DNA from: an uncultured Candidatus Actinomarina sp. | GTDB taxonomy: Bacteria > Actinomycetota > Acidimicrobiia > Actinomarinales > Actinomarinaceae | Direction: 5' to 3' | NCBI GenBank assembly: GCA_902555055.1 | Contig: CACDQN010000004.1 | Coordinates: 11,514 to 75,513, forward strand | DNA length: 64,000 nt | Shown: piece by piece, positions 38,681-47,796 of the stretch | Layout of the letters: each line of letters starts with the position of its first letter | Numbering within the stretch: position 1 is the first letter of the stretch | Notes under the pieces: generated by a model | The model's database searches: none | Told to the model about the DNA's origin: nothing | What the model saw: the letters and a program-made list of their open reading frames with translations, nothing else | Position numbers and translations under genes: made by a program

Positions 38681-39778
38681 CTAGATATAATTTTTAATTG
38701 TCGATACAACTCTCTTAACTTCACTTTTTTCCATTTTTGGAAAAATAGGTAAAGAAAGAAGCTGATCTGCATAGCTGTCAGCTAATTTAAAATTTTTATT
38801 AAATTGTTTATGTGTTGAATAGGCCTTTTGTCGGTGTATTGGAACTGGGTAGTGAATTCCAAATTCAACTTTGTGTTTACTGAAATCTTTTAATATTGTC
38901 TCTCTGTTTTGTACTCTAATCACAAACAAATGCCATACGTGATAGTTTCCCTCTTTTGTTTTAGGAAGAGCTAGAGAACTAATGTCTGCTAATTCTTTAA
39001 AATACATTTCTGCAATATCGTTCCTTAAAATGTTCCAGTATTTAAGTTTTTTAATTTTTTCTGATAAAACTACACCCTGTAAAGGCTGCAGTCTAGAATT
39101 GAACCCTAATTCCTCATGATAATATTTTTTAACACTCCCCCAATTTCTGAGTAAAAGAATTTTTTCATATAATTTTTTATTATTAGTTGTTACAGCACCC
39201 CCATCACCCCATGCACCTAAATTTTTTCCTGGGTAAAAGCTATATGCTGCTGCGATAGATTGATTATTAGTAATAGATTCATTAGCTGCACCATGTGACT
39301 GAGCAGAGTCTTCAATTAAATGTAGTGAGTTTTGAGTTGAAATTTTTTTTAAAATCTTAAGGTCAGCAAGTTGTCCATACAAATTTACAGCAATAATTGC
39401 TTTAGTTTTTTTGGTAATTTTTTTCTCAACTTCAACGGGATTAATTAAATAATATTCATCATTATCAACAAATATTGGCTTAGCACCACATCTTGTAACC
39501 GCTAAAGCAGTTGCAATAAATGAATTTGTTGGAATAATAACTTCATCATTATCACCTATATCTAAAGCCCTCAAAATCAACTCTAAAGCATCAGTACCAC
39601 TTGAGCAGCTGATAGTGTACTTTGAATGTGTAAAATCAGAAAATAAGGACTCGAACTCACCTATTTCTTTATTTAAGACAAACCTATTTTGTTCAACAAC
39701 ACTTGAAAATTTAGTAAAAACTTTTTCATGAATAGGTCGATGAATTCTTGATAAATCATTAAAAGGAATTTTTTTCAT
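38681..39778 (-). CDS. DegT/DnrJ/EryC1/StrS family PLP-dependent sugar aminotransferase
   Basis: 365 aa. CSSGTDALELILRAL, EDSAQSHGA, and FYPGKNLGAWGDGGA with the PLP lysine. Confidence 0.9.
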   Translation of the reverse strand: MKKIPFNDLSRIHRPIHEKVFTKFSSVVEQNRFVLNKEIGEFESLFSDFTHSKYTISCSSGTDALELILRALDIGDNDEVIIPTNSFIATALAVTRCGAKPIFVDNDEYYLINPVEVEKKITKKTKAIIAVNLYGQLADLKILKKISTQNSLHLIEDSAQSHGAANESITNNQSIAAAYSFYPGKNLGAWGDGGAVTTNNKKLYEKILLLRNWGSVKKYYHEELGFNSRLQPLQGVVLSEKIKKLKYWNILRNDIAEMYFKELADISSLALPKTKEGNYHVWHLFVIRVQNRETILKDFSKHKVEFGIHYPVPIHRQKAYSTHKQFNKNFKLADSYADQLLSLPIFPKMEKSEVKRVVSTIKNYI

Positions 39779-40764
39779 TTACCTTGGACTTCTCTTTCAA
39801 TATTTTCTAATAATGAAACTGTCCTAAGGGAGATATCGTTGTTATTATTTGAAATAAATTTTTTTTCTTTAGATATTAATGAAATAAAATGTTTTACAAC
39901 CTGCTGAAGTGGTTCTGAGTTTTTTATAAAAGGAGATACTACATCCCCTATAGAAAATGAGAAAAATGAATTATTATCAATTTGCGATGATTCCTTGTCA
40001 TAAATTTGATCAAACTTTTTATCGTAAATTTTTATTGGTTCATTGAAATTTAAATCATCAAAAACTATCATTTTTTTGTCTCCAACAATTTTAATTTTTC
40101 TTGTTTTCTCAGGATGGAGCCAACTTGAAAACAAAGTAACAAACAAATTATTTTCATAATTTAATGACACATTTACCATATCAAAAGCTTCTGATGAACC
40201 TGAATTAAAACTTGAGGCTTTAATTTTAATTGGGTCAGATTTGGTTATCGCATTTAAAATTGAGATGTCATGAGTAGTTAAATCCCACAGGCAACTTACA
40301 TCAGTTCTAATTGGACCAAGATTTGTTCTCTCAAAATTTATATGTAATAGTGATCCAATCTCTCCGTCATGAATTTGTTTTATTGCAAAATTTATTGCCT
40401 CATTGTATAAAAAAGTATGGTCAACAAGAAGAGTTAAATTGTTTTTGTTTGCAATTTCTAGTAGATCTTTAGCTTCTACTGATTTAGTTGCTAAGGGCTT
40501 TTCCACAAGAACATGTATGCCACTATTTAGTAGCTTTCTAGTGATTTCATAGTGAGTATTTGTTGGGGTACAAATTACAGCAGCATCAATTGTTATTTCT
40601 GAATTTAATAATTCTTCTAAGTTATAAAATTGCTTAATTTCTTCGTCTAATTTAATGTTTTGTGTCGGTTCGACTACAGCAGATAATTTAACTCCATCGT
40701 TTGAACTAAGAATTCTAAGATAATTTTTTCCCCAATAACCAAGTCCTATAATTGCAATATTCAC
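39775..40764 (-). CDS. Gfo/Idh/MocA family NAD-dependent sugar oxidoreductase
   Basis: MNIAIIGLGYWGKNYL Rossmann motif and EKPLA motif. Overlaps the aminotransferase gene. Confidence 0.85.
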   Translation of the reverse strand: MNIAIIGLGYWGKNYLRILSSNDGVKLSAVVEPTQNIKLDEEIKQFYNLEELLNSEITIDAAVICTPTNTHYEITRKLLNSGIHVLVEKPLATKSVEAKDLLEIANKNNLTLLVDHTFLYNEAINFAIKQIHDGEIGSLLHINFERTNLGPIRTDVSCLWDLTTHDISILNAITKSDPIKIKASSFNSGSSEAFDMVNVSLNYENNLFVTLFSSWLHPEKTRKIKIVGDKKMIVFDDLNFNEPIKIYDKKFDQIYDKESSQIDNNSFFSFSIGDVVSPFIKNSEPLQQVVKHFISLISKEKKFISNNNNDISLRTVSLLENIEREVQGK

Positions 40765-40857
40765 TTATTCATTATAAATAACTCTTCTTATTAATCTAAA
40801 TCTTTAAATTTTCTTAAGTAAATGAGTTAACATATGTTATCAAATAGTTAAATAATT

Positions 40858-41481
40858 ATGGAAAAACTTAATAACTTCATTGAATATGGCAAAGATATTT
40901 TTATGCATAATTCATCTCAGATTGGTAAAAATGTAAAAATAGATCCATTTGTAACTATAGGGCCAAATGTAATAATAGGTGACTCTTCTTCTATAAGCTC
41001 CCACGTTGTAATTGGTACACCAGCTGAAATGCCTGGTGAGCCTAAGCAGGACTTTACGGTTTTAATTGGATCAAATGTAATAATTAGAGAGTTTGTAACT
41101 ATTCATTCAGGTCACACGAGAAATACTATTATTGAAGACGGGGTGTATATTATGAATCATTCTCATATTGCTCATGATTGCCTAATCGGAAAACACTCAA
41201 CAATTTCTGCTGGTGTAACCTTAGCTGGATCAGTATCAATAGGTGAAGAATCTTTTCTCGGTATAGAAAGTGCAGTTCATCAAGGAGCGGTCATTGGAGA
41301 CCTTACTATTCTTGGTGCTAATTCGTTTGCAAAAGGTAATTTGGGTCCTTGTTTAAAATATGTCGGAAACCCAGCATTACCTATATCAATTAATGAATTT
41401 GCTATAGATAAATCTAGAAAAGATAAAACTGAACTAGATTTTTTGATATCAAATGCTAAAAAAATTTTAAATGAAAAATAA
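40858..41481 (+). CDS. LpxA-family left-handed beta-helix acyltransferase (short form)
   Basis: 207 aa. IREFVTIHSGH, SHIAHDCLIGK, LAGSVSIGE, AVHQGAVIG and VGNPA track the E. coli LpxA blocks IRESVTIHRGT, AHIAHDCTVGN, LAGHVSVDD, AVHQFCIIG and QGNHA as recalled. Confidence 0.65.
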   Translation: MEKLNNFIEYGKDIFMHNSSQIGKNVKIDPFVTIGPNVIIGDSSSISSHVVIGTPAEMPGEPKQDFTVLIGSNVIIREFVTIHSGHTRNTIIEDGVYIMNHSHIAHDCLIGKHSTISAGVTLAGSVSIGEESFLGIESAVHQGAVIGDLTILGANSFAKGNLGPCLKYVGNPALPISINEFAIDKSRKDKTELDFLISNAKKILNEK

Positions 41482-42208
41482 AACCTTAATTTTTTGTCCT
41501 GTATTTAATGAAATGCACCATCTTCCACAACTGCTTAAAAGAATAGAATCCTCAAATTATGATGGTGATTTTTATTTCATTGATAGTGGCTCAAATGATG
41601 GTAGCTCAGAGTTTATAAAGAATTCTGGATTGAATTATATTAAAATAGAAAAAAATTTGGGTGTCGGATACTCAATAATTACTGCAATAAAATTTGCAAT
41701 TGAGAACAAATACGAAATAATTTGCGGGATATCAGGAAATAATAAAATGGATCCTAATGAAATTAATAGCGTAATTAATCCAATAATTAATGAAAATTTT
41801 GACTTTATTCAAGGTAGTAGGTTTCTTGAGTATGAGGCAAATAATAATACCCCTACGTTTAGAGTTGTTTCAATACCTGTCCTGTCTAAATTAGTTTCTT
41901 TTTTATTTAAAACTAAAGTAACTGATGTAACCTGTGGTTTTAGAGCTTATAAATTAGACCTAATCAAGCGAGCTAATTTTGAAATTGACCAGAAGTGGCT
42001 TTATGGATACTCTTTTGAACCATATCTTTATTCAAATGTTTTTTTAGATAAGAATGTACGAAAAAAGGAAATTCCAGTAAAAATGTCTTATCCTACAGAT
42101 AGCAAAATTAAATATACAAAAATTAAACCAATTTTAAATTATCCTGGACTTGTAATGCCATACTTATTTAGTAAATTTTTATATAAGGGATTCCAAGAAA
42201 ATAGCTAA
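41471..42208 (+). CDS. GT2 glycosyltransferase (polyprenyl-phosphate sugar synthase-like)
   Basis: 245 aa. LIFCPVFNE and YFIDSGSNDGS (DxD-type). About the size of DPM1/ArnC-like GT2 enzymes. Overlaps the upstream gene by 11 nt. Confidence 0.8.
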   Translation: MKNKTLIFCPVFNEMHHLPQLLKRIESSNYDGDFYFIDSGSNDGSSEFIKNSGLNYIKIEKNLGVGYSIITAIKFAIENKYEIICGISGNNKMDPNEINSVINPIINENFDFIQGSRFLEYEANNNTPTFRVVSIPVLSKLVSFLFKTKVTDVTCGFRAYKLDLIKRANFEIDQKWLYGYSFEPYLYSNVFLDKNVRKKEIPVKMSYPTDSKIKYTKIKPILNYPGLVMPYLFSKFLYKGFQENS

Positions 42209-42239
42209 TAAGGTATGTTTCTATTAATTATGAGCAGGT

Positions 42240-42306
42240 AGATTTCTGAAAAACCCTTGTGGGCGCTACAGGATTTGAACCTGTGACTTCTTCCTTGTAA
42301 GGAAAG
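42240..42306 (-). repeat. Duplicated 3' part of tRNA-Val (positions about 27-73) plus 20 nt of 3' flank; direct repeat of 43028-43094
   Basis: The 67 nt differ from 43028-43094 at only 2 positions (42255, 42303). The offset is exactly 788 bp. Confidence 0.9.
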
Positions 42307-42326
42307 AACCATTAAATACTAGGTAG

Positions 42327-42403
42327 TATCAGAGAGTATCAATTTATAGAGTCAATGAACTCAAGCTCTTTTAAAAAGATATCAGAGGTTATCAGAGAGT
42401 ATC
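42327..42403. repeat. Three copies of a 14-nt direct motif TATCAGAG(A/G)(G/T)TATC
   Basis: tatcagagagtatc at 42327-42340 and 42390-42403. tatcagaggttatc at 42380-42393. Confidence 0.8.
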
Positions 42404-42430
42404 TACAGTTTTAGAAAATTTTGGTGTCTT

Positions 42431-42952
42431 TTAGGTGTCTTTTAAAATTTTTTGTGCCTGAGATCTAACAGCTTTTCTTTCATCATTCTTTAACTGTCTT
42501 GCGATACTTATAACATTTGACTTCAATATTTCGTCTGAATTGGATAATTTTTCTAGAAGTTTTAAACCTTGAGCAAGTATCATCCAGTCTTTACTATTTT
42601 CCACCCAACTCATTGCATTTTTACTAATAACTTTGTATTCTTTATCGTCAAAATATGAAATGAAATCATAATAAATTGTAATAAGCCCTAGTTTGACTAC
42701 ATTATGTTCAGACTCTGAAAACTCATCTATGAATCTTTTTTTATTTTCAACAAAAATATGATTATCACCTTTTATTATTCTTTTTGTTGCATTCATAGCT
42801 CTCATTGCAATTAAAGAATTGTTAGAAAAAAAACATAAGAATAATTTATCAATTTCTTTTATATTGTTTTGAATATGTTCTACTACTTTTAATGTCTCTC
42901 CAAGTGAGTTTTGTTTTCCTTTGCTTAACTCAAATTCAAAATCTAATTCCAT
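42431..42952 (-). CDS. Hypothetical all-helical protein inside the tRNA-Val repeat-bounded segment
   Basis: 173-aa ORF with no recognisable family. Its last codons (KDT-stop) lie in a 21-nt motif, ggtgtcttttaggtgtctttt (42423-42443), that recurs at 42991-43011 upstream of the ORF. Confidence 0.5.
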   Translation of the reverse strand: MELDFEFELSKGKQNSLGETLKVVEHIQNNIKEIDKLFLCFFSNNSLIAMRAMNATKRIIKGDNHIFVENKKRFIDEFSESEHNVVKLGLITIYYDFISYFDDKEYKVISKNAMSWVENSKDWMILAQGLKLLEKLSNSDEILKSNVISIARQLKNDERKAVRSQAQKILKDT

Positions 42953-43047
42953 AACTAAATGTATATTACCAAATGAAACTCTACAGAAGCGGTGTCTTTT
43001 AGGTGTCTTTTGAGTATATATATGTAAAGATTTCTGAAAAACGCTTG

Positions 43048-43121
43048 TGGGCGCTACAGGATTTGAACCTGTGACTTCTTCCTTGTAAGGGAAGCGCTCT
43101 GCCAGACTGAGCTAAGCGCCC
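43048..43121 (-). tRNA. tRNA-Val (anticodon TAC)
   Basis: The reverse complement GGGCGCTTAGCTCAGTCTGGCAGAGCGCTTCCCTTACAAGGAAGAAGTCACAGGTTCAAATCCTGTAGCGCCCA folds as a cloverleaf (7/4/5/5-bp stems, anticodon loop CTTACAA, TTCAAAT T-loop). CCA is not encoded. Confidence 0.95.
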
Positions 43122-43147
43122 TAATTAAATCTTTTTTATTGTAACAT

Positions 43148-45265
43148 CTATCCAGATTTTACAATGAAGGAAAATTGATCTAGATAATAGGCATCGTGAC
43201 TTTCTTCTTGGGATTTATAATCGAATTTAATCTTTCCATTATTTAAAATTTCTACACTTGTACTTTGGTCATATAAAGTAATTGACTCAAAAATGTACTT
43301 ATAGCCATCTTCCCAGGTATTACTTAAGTTTGAAACTGTAGAGACTACTTTTTCAATCTTTAAATTAAAATTATAATTTTCATTATCTACTGGCAAGTAA
43401 ATTTCTTTAGATTTAGATTTTTTAGTACTACCTGTATCTGGTAAAAGTTGAAATTTAATCTTTACAAACTCAGGCTTCGAAGAACCGTCTACAATTCCAT
43501 CAAAATTAAAACTAACTTGGTCTCCAGAATTTACAACTATTCCTTTTGGACCAGTATTCAAAAACTCACCAGATACTTGATCAGAGGAATTAATTGAAGG
43601 TGGGGTGTAAGAAATTCCATTACTGTTTACAACAAAAGCTTTATCGAATAACGGGTTTATCATGTCTTGTGTGGTTGTATTGCTGGTTGTTGAAGATCCG
43701 CTAGACCTCCAAGAAAAAGTTGTAATTTGCTCAAGTGAATATCTGTCATAAGGGCAATTAGTAAAATTAAACTCATTTGTAGTAAGTTCTGAACCGAGTG
43801 GAACTTGAAATTTCATACCAGTTTCATTTCTAAATATTGCATAGGCAAAATCTGATATCTTTGTTTCTTGATTTAAATTTTTTATAGCCTGAACTGTGTT
43901 GCCAACAGCATATGCCTTAATCTCCGTATTCAGGAATCCTCTCTCAACAGTAAAGTTATTTCCATCTTTTGCTACAACCTTGATTAATTCAGAACCAATT
44001 AACAAAATCTCTGAAACTGAGGCTTGACTTTCATTGCTCAGCTGAATGATAGAGTCATTAACTGTAATTTCATTTGTTGTGTCTAACCTGTTATCTAAAA
44101 TACCATCAGTAATATATACTATGTTTACTTTATCTGTTGTGCTGACTCCTAAGCCAGAAGATATATTTTCATAAGAACCTGATGATGAAACAGTTTTTGA
44201 GGTAACCAAAACTTTACTAATTCCACTATGTGAAGAAACTTCTTGAGATGAACTACTTCCAACCAAAAACTCTCTATTTCCAGTAGCTTTGACAACAGTA
44301 CCGTCTCCACTTTCTGCAAAACTATAAAACCATACCCCAGACGATAATCCTGAGAGGCTAAAAGTAGCCTCCGTTAAATTAAGTACGGTTGAAATGGAGT
44401 TTGGTTTTACATTTGTTAATTTTGATGAATAAGGTGGGATAAAATAAAAATTAAAATTGGTACTTCCATCGCCAACAATCCTAATCTTTATTTCACTACT
44501 GGATTCCTCAAAAATTTCGGTTGTATTAGAAGATTGAGAGTATATACCATTTGATATGCTTAATGCCTCTGGTACTGAACCATTTGAATACTGATTTAAA
44601 ACTCCCGTGCTTAAAGTTCCTAAATATGGAGTTCCACAAATACTATTAGAATTTTCAATACCTTTGAACAAACTGGTAGTTTCATTTGTGCTTAAGGAAA
44701 TGCTTGGAATAATTCCATAATTACTAGTTGTTTCAAGGGAGGTTGTTGGAATAACAGTTGTTGTGGTTGTATCAGTAACTACAGTTGTTGTGGTTGTATC
44801 AGTAACTACAGTTGTTGTGGTTGTATCAGTATTTACAGTTGAGTTATAGTCGTTGACTCTTTCTTCACAACCTGTAAAATTTTTCATTTTATCAATTGTA
44901 TTTGGGCCTATGTCCCCATCCGGCTTTAGGCCAACATAGGCTTGAAAATCTCGAATTGCGTTAGTAGTTTGTTGGCCTAAATAACCATCTTCATCACCAG
45001 CATTAAAACCATACTGATTAAGAAATTTCTGGACATTTATAGTATTTTCAAAATTTACACCAGTGTTACTGTCAGGAGCACAGGTAGGTGAAGTGGTAGT
45101 GGTAGTTGTAGTTGTAGTTGTAGTATCATCAACAACTAAAGTAGTTGTGGTTTCTTCATTTTCTTCATTTGTTGGAATTTCAATAACTTCAGAAACTCCT
45201 TCATCTGCTCCACAAAAAGTAAACAGTAAAATTAAGATTGTAAATTTTAAATAATTTTTAACCAT
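43148..45265 (-). CDS. Lipoprotein with peptidoglycan-binding domain, poly-Thr tracts and a large C-terminal beta-rich region
   Basis: Signal plus lipobox LLFTFC. T-runs (TTTTTTTTTT; 3x TDTTTTTVV). PG_binding_1-like block VQKFLNQYGFNAGDEDGYLGQQTTNAIRDFQAYVGLKPDGDIGPNT. Confidence 0.75.
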   Translation of the reverse strand: MVKNYLKFTILILLFTFCGADEGVSEVIEIPTNEENEETTTTLVVDDTTTTTTTTTTTSPTCAPDSNTGVNFENTINVQKFLNQYGFNAGDEDGYLGQQTTNAIRDFQAYVGLKPDGDIGPNTIDKMKNFTGCEERVNDYNSTVNTDTTTTTVVTDTTTTTVVTDTTTTTVIPTTSLETTSNYGIIPSISLSTNETTSLFKGIENSNSICGTPYLGTLSTGVLNQYSNGSVPEALSISNGIYSQSSNTTEIFEESSSEIKIRIVGDGSTNFNFYFIPPYSSKLTNVKPNSISTVLNLTEATFSLSGLSSGVWFYSFAESGDGTVVKATGNREFLVGSSSSQEVSSHSGISKVLVTSKTVSSSGSYENISSGLGVSTTDKVNIVYITDGILDNRLDTTNEITVNDSIIQLSNESQASVSEILLIGSELIKVVAKDGNNFTVERGFLNTEIKAYAVGNTVQAIKNLNQETKISDFAYAIFRNETGMKFQVPLGSELTTNEFNFTNCPYDRYSLEQITTFSWRSSGSSTTSNTTTQDMINPLFDKAFVVNSNGISYTPPSINSSDQVSGEFLNTGPKGIVVNSGDQVSFNFDGIVDGSSKPEFVKIKFQLLPDTGSTKKSKSKEIYLPVDNENYNFNLKIEKVVSTVSNLSNTWEDGYKYIFESITLYDQSTSVEILNNGKIKFDYKSQEESHDAYYLDQFSFIVKSG
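44754..44834. repeat. 27-nt tandem repeat x3 (encodes the VTDTTTTTV repeats on the minus strand)
   Basis: acagttgttgtggttgtatcagtaact at 44754, 44781 and 44808. The third copy diverges in its last 4 nt. Confidence 0.9.
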
Positions 45266-45376
45266 ATATATCCATATTAAAGAGACCTTGTTTATTTTTA
45301 TAGTTAATTTTTTTTTAATTTAACAAAATATTTATGGTTAAATGTTATTTTTTTAATCCTATAATCAAGACTATTA

Positions 45377-46588
45377 ATGACAAATTATAAATCAAAAGCC
45401 TACTTTTATTTTTCGTCGGTTATAACTTTTTTATTATTTATTCCAATATTTAACAGATCAAATATAGGTTCTGACTGGGATTCGTACGCAATAATAGGTA
45501 CTTATAAAAATTATTTAGAAAATGGAATTTATATACCCTCAAGGCCTCCAGGCTTTCCTCTTTATGAAGTTACGATTGGAATTTTAATAAGTTTTTCAGA
45601 CTATTTATATCTCTCAAGTGAACAAATACTTCTAACTTTTCAATTTATTTTATGCATAAGTTTTAACCTGTTAATTTTTAAATATTTTGAAAAAACTAAA
45701 AATAGTAACTTTTTTATTTACCTTGTAATTGTTCTTTCTCCAATCTATATTATTTCCGGACTATCAATTATTGATTATTTTCTTGGAAGTTTCTTAGGTT
45801 TCCTATCTCTCTATTTAGCAATGTTTAAAAAATATCAAAAAAACATAGAAATTATAATTTCATTATTTTTAGCACTGTCAGTAGCTACAAGGTTGAGTAA
45901 TTTAATATTTGTTTTAATTATTTTTCTCTTTACTTTTTTCAACCAGCAAGATAGAAAATCTGCAATATTAATTGGCTCATTATCTCTGATTTTATCTTCA
46001 ATATTTTATCTACCTTTTTATATGAATCTATTTGAGTTTTACAAGTCTACTGGTGTATATGAAAACTGGTCAGACATGTTATGTATTTTCAATTTAACTA
46101 ATACAGACCATACAGTTATTGGAAGGATTGGAAGATTTATATTAAAACAAATACCATTTTTAGGTACTTTGGGTGTGTTTTTATTTTTATTCAATATCCC
46201 TAAATATAATATTGATCTAAAAGAGAGAAACTGGTATCTTTTTCTTTTGTTTATATTTTTTGAATTAAGTTTTTTGAGACTTCCGACTGAAGAAGGACAT
46301 TTACTTCCAGCATTTATAGCTTTTATGATTCTAATTAATAAGTCTAAAAATAAAATATTTTCATTAATATTTGTATTGGTGTTTATTAGTAATTTTGTTG
46401 ATTTAAAATTTTATTCAGTTGATGAAATTGACAGTGCTTCGAGTATAAGTTTTGGACTAAATATCAAATCAGGTTTTTTTACAGAGGATTTCAATCTGCG
46501 TAATAGTATTGACGAAGATAAGGTGTACCACTACAACAATGCTCAGACTACTTTATATAATGCATGGTCTAATGGGTGTCCAAATTGA
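45377..46588 (+). CDS. Polytopic membrane protein, possible GT-C fold glycosyltransferase
   Basis: 403 aa, more than 9 TM. An early loop (GSDWDSYAIIGTY ... IPSRPPGFPLYE) resembles the GT39/GT83-type first periplasmic loop. Tentative. Confidence 0.4.
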   Translation: MTNYKSKAYFYFSSVITFLLFIPIFNRSNIGSDWDSYAIIGTYKNYLENGIYIPSRPPGFPLYEVTIGILISFSDYLYLSSEQILLTFQFILCISFNLLIFKYFEKTKNSNFFIYLVIVLSPIYIISGLSIIDYFLGSFLGFLSLYLAMFKKYQKNIEIIISLFLALSVATRLSNLIFVLIIFLFTFFNQQDRKSAILIGSLSLILSSIFYLPFYMNLFEFYKSTGVYENWSDMLCIFNLTNTDHTVIGRIGRFILKQIPFLGTLGVFLFLFNIPKYNIDLKERNWYLFLLFIFFELSFLRLPTEEGHLLPAFIAFMILINKSKNKIFSLIFVLVFISNFVDLKFYSVDEIDSASSISFGLNIKSGFFTEDFNLRNSIDEDKVYHYNNAQTTLYNAWSNGCPN

Positions 46589-47745
46589 AAAAAGATAAAA
46601 TTGCACTAATTCTTTATGCAAGATTTCCATCAGAGATGGCATATGGAAATCATTTAATACAGATAGCTAACAGCTTCATTAAAAATGAATTTGATGTAAA
46701 TATATATTTTCCTCGAACTTATAATTCAAAAACTATTTTTGAAAAACCAGAATCGTTTTACGATATTAAAAACAATATGAACTTTGTAGAGGTTAATAAT
46801 TTTGATGTGACAAGTTATAAATTATATGAAATCCTTCCTAGTTTCTTAAAAATGTTAACTTACTCAATTAATACTTTAATTTGGTCACGTAAGCTCAAGA
46901 AATATCTAAACAATGAAGACTATGTTTGGTCTACAAATCCAAATATATTATTGGTAGTCAAAAAATTTTTCAAATTTGTAATTTATGAAAAACATGGTGC
47001 AGCAAGATTCATACAAAAATATTCAATTACCAAACTAAAAAAAGATTCCAGAGTAACTCTAATTGGTGTTACAGAGAAATCTGTACAGGAACTTACTATG
47101 GCCTCAAGGGAAACACTTTATCTCCCAAATGGTGTTGATAGTGAATTATTTTTTCCACAACCTAGAAGTGCAAAAGAAAATTTAACAGTAGGATACATTG
47201 GCTTTCTTGAAACCTACGGGGTTGATAAGGGTGTCCTAAATGCAGTAAAAGAAATAGTTAAAATCAATGAAGATACCCCTATTAATACTCTAATTGCAGG
47301 AGGACCAAATAATAAAATTAATGAAATCAGTAAATATATAAATATTAAAAACCAAAGTGATTATTTTGATATCAAAAGTTTCGTTCCACACAAAAAAGTC
47401 CCTGAAATAATATCAAATATAGATATTGGAATTATTCCTTATCCAGGAAAAGGGCATATGAATTTATATGCGTCACCTTTGAAAATTTTTGAATTTGCTG
47501 CGTGTGGAATACCTATTTTGGCATCAAACATTACATCACATTTGGAGCTAGAAAAGCTGAACTTAGGAATTTATTATTTTCAACATGATAATTTTGATGA
47601 CTTTAAGAATAAGCTAATTGATTTAATTGGAGATAAATATCTTAGAGAGGATTTAAGAAAAAAATCTTTAAACAATATAAAAAATTTATATTGGGAAAAT
47701 AGAACTAAAACAATACTCAAAAGCGTCCGTAGCTCAACTGGATAG
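46576..47745 (+). CDS. GT4 family glycosyltransferase
   Basis: 389 aa. ASPLKIFEFAACGIPILASN is the GT4 C-terminal E-x7-E region. The last 23 nt, including the TAG stop, lie inside tRNA-Arg. Confidence 0.8.
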   Translation: MSKLKKDKIALILYARFPSEMAYGNHLIQIANSFIKNEFDVNIYFPRTYNSKTIFEKPESFYDIKNNMNFVEVNNFDVTSYKLYEILPSFLKMLTYSINTLIWSRKLKKYLNNEDYVWSTNPNILLVVKKFFKFVIYEKHGAARFIQKYSITKLKKDSRVTLIGVTEKSVQELTMASRETLYLPNGVDSELFFPQPRSAKENLTVGYIGFLETYGVDKGVLNAVKEIVKINEDTPINTLIAGGPNNKINEISKYINIKNQSDYFDIKSFVPHKKVPEIISNIDIGIIPYPGKGHMNLYASPLKIFEFAACGIPILASNITSHLELEKLNLGIYYFQHDNFDDFKNKLIDLIGDKYLREDLRKKSLNNIKNLYWENRTKTILKSVRSSTG

Positions 47746-47796
47746 AGCACCTGACTTCGGATCAGGGGGTTGAGGGTTCGAGTCCTTCCGGACGCG
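47723..47796 (+). tRNA. tRNA-Arg (anticodon TCG)
   Basis: GCGTCCGTAGCTCAACTGGATAGAGCACCTGACTTCGGATCAGGGGGTTGAGGGTTCGAGTCCTTCCGGACGCG folds as a cloverleaf (7/4/5/5-bp stems, anticodon loop CTTCGGA, TTCGAGT T-loop). Confidence 0.95.

Noticed and set aside
45063-45254. Plus-strand 63-aa ORF with a poly-Val run.
   Set aside because: It is the antisense of the poly-Thr tract of the lipoprotein gene.
42240-47796. Prophage or integrative element spanning tRNA-Val to tRNA-Arg.
   Set aside because: No integrase, excisionase, replication or structural phage genes are recognisable. The content is a lipoprotein, a polytopic membrane protein and a GT4. Only the 788-bp repeat-bounded unit at tRNA-Val shows an att-like signature.
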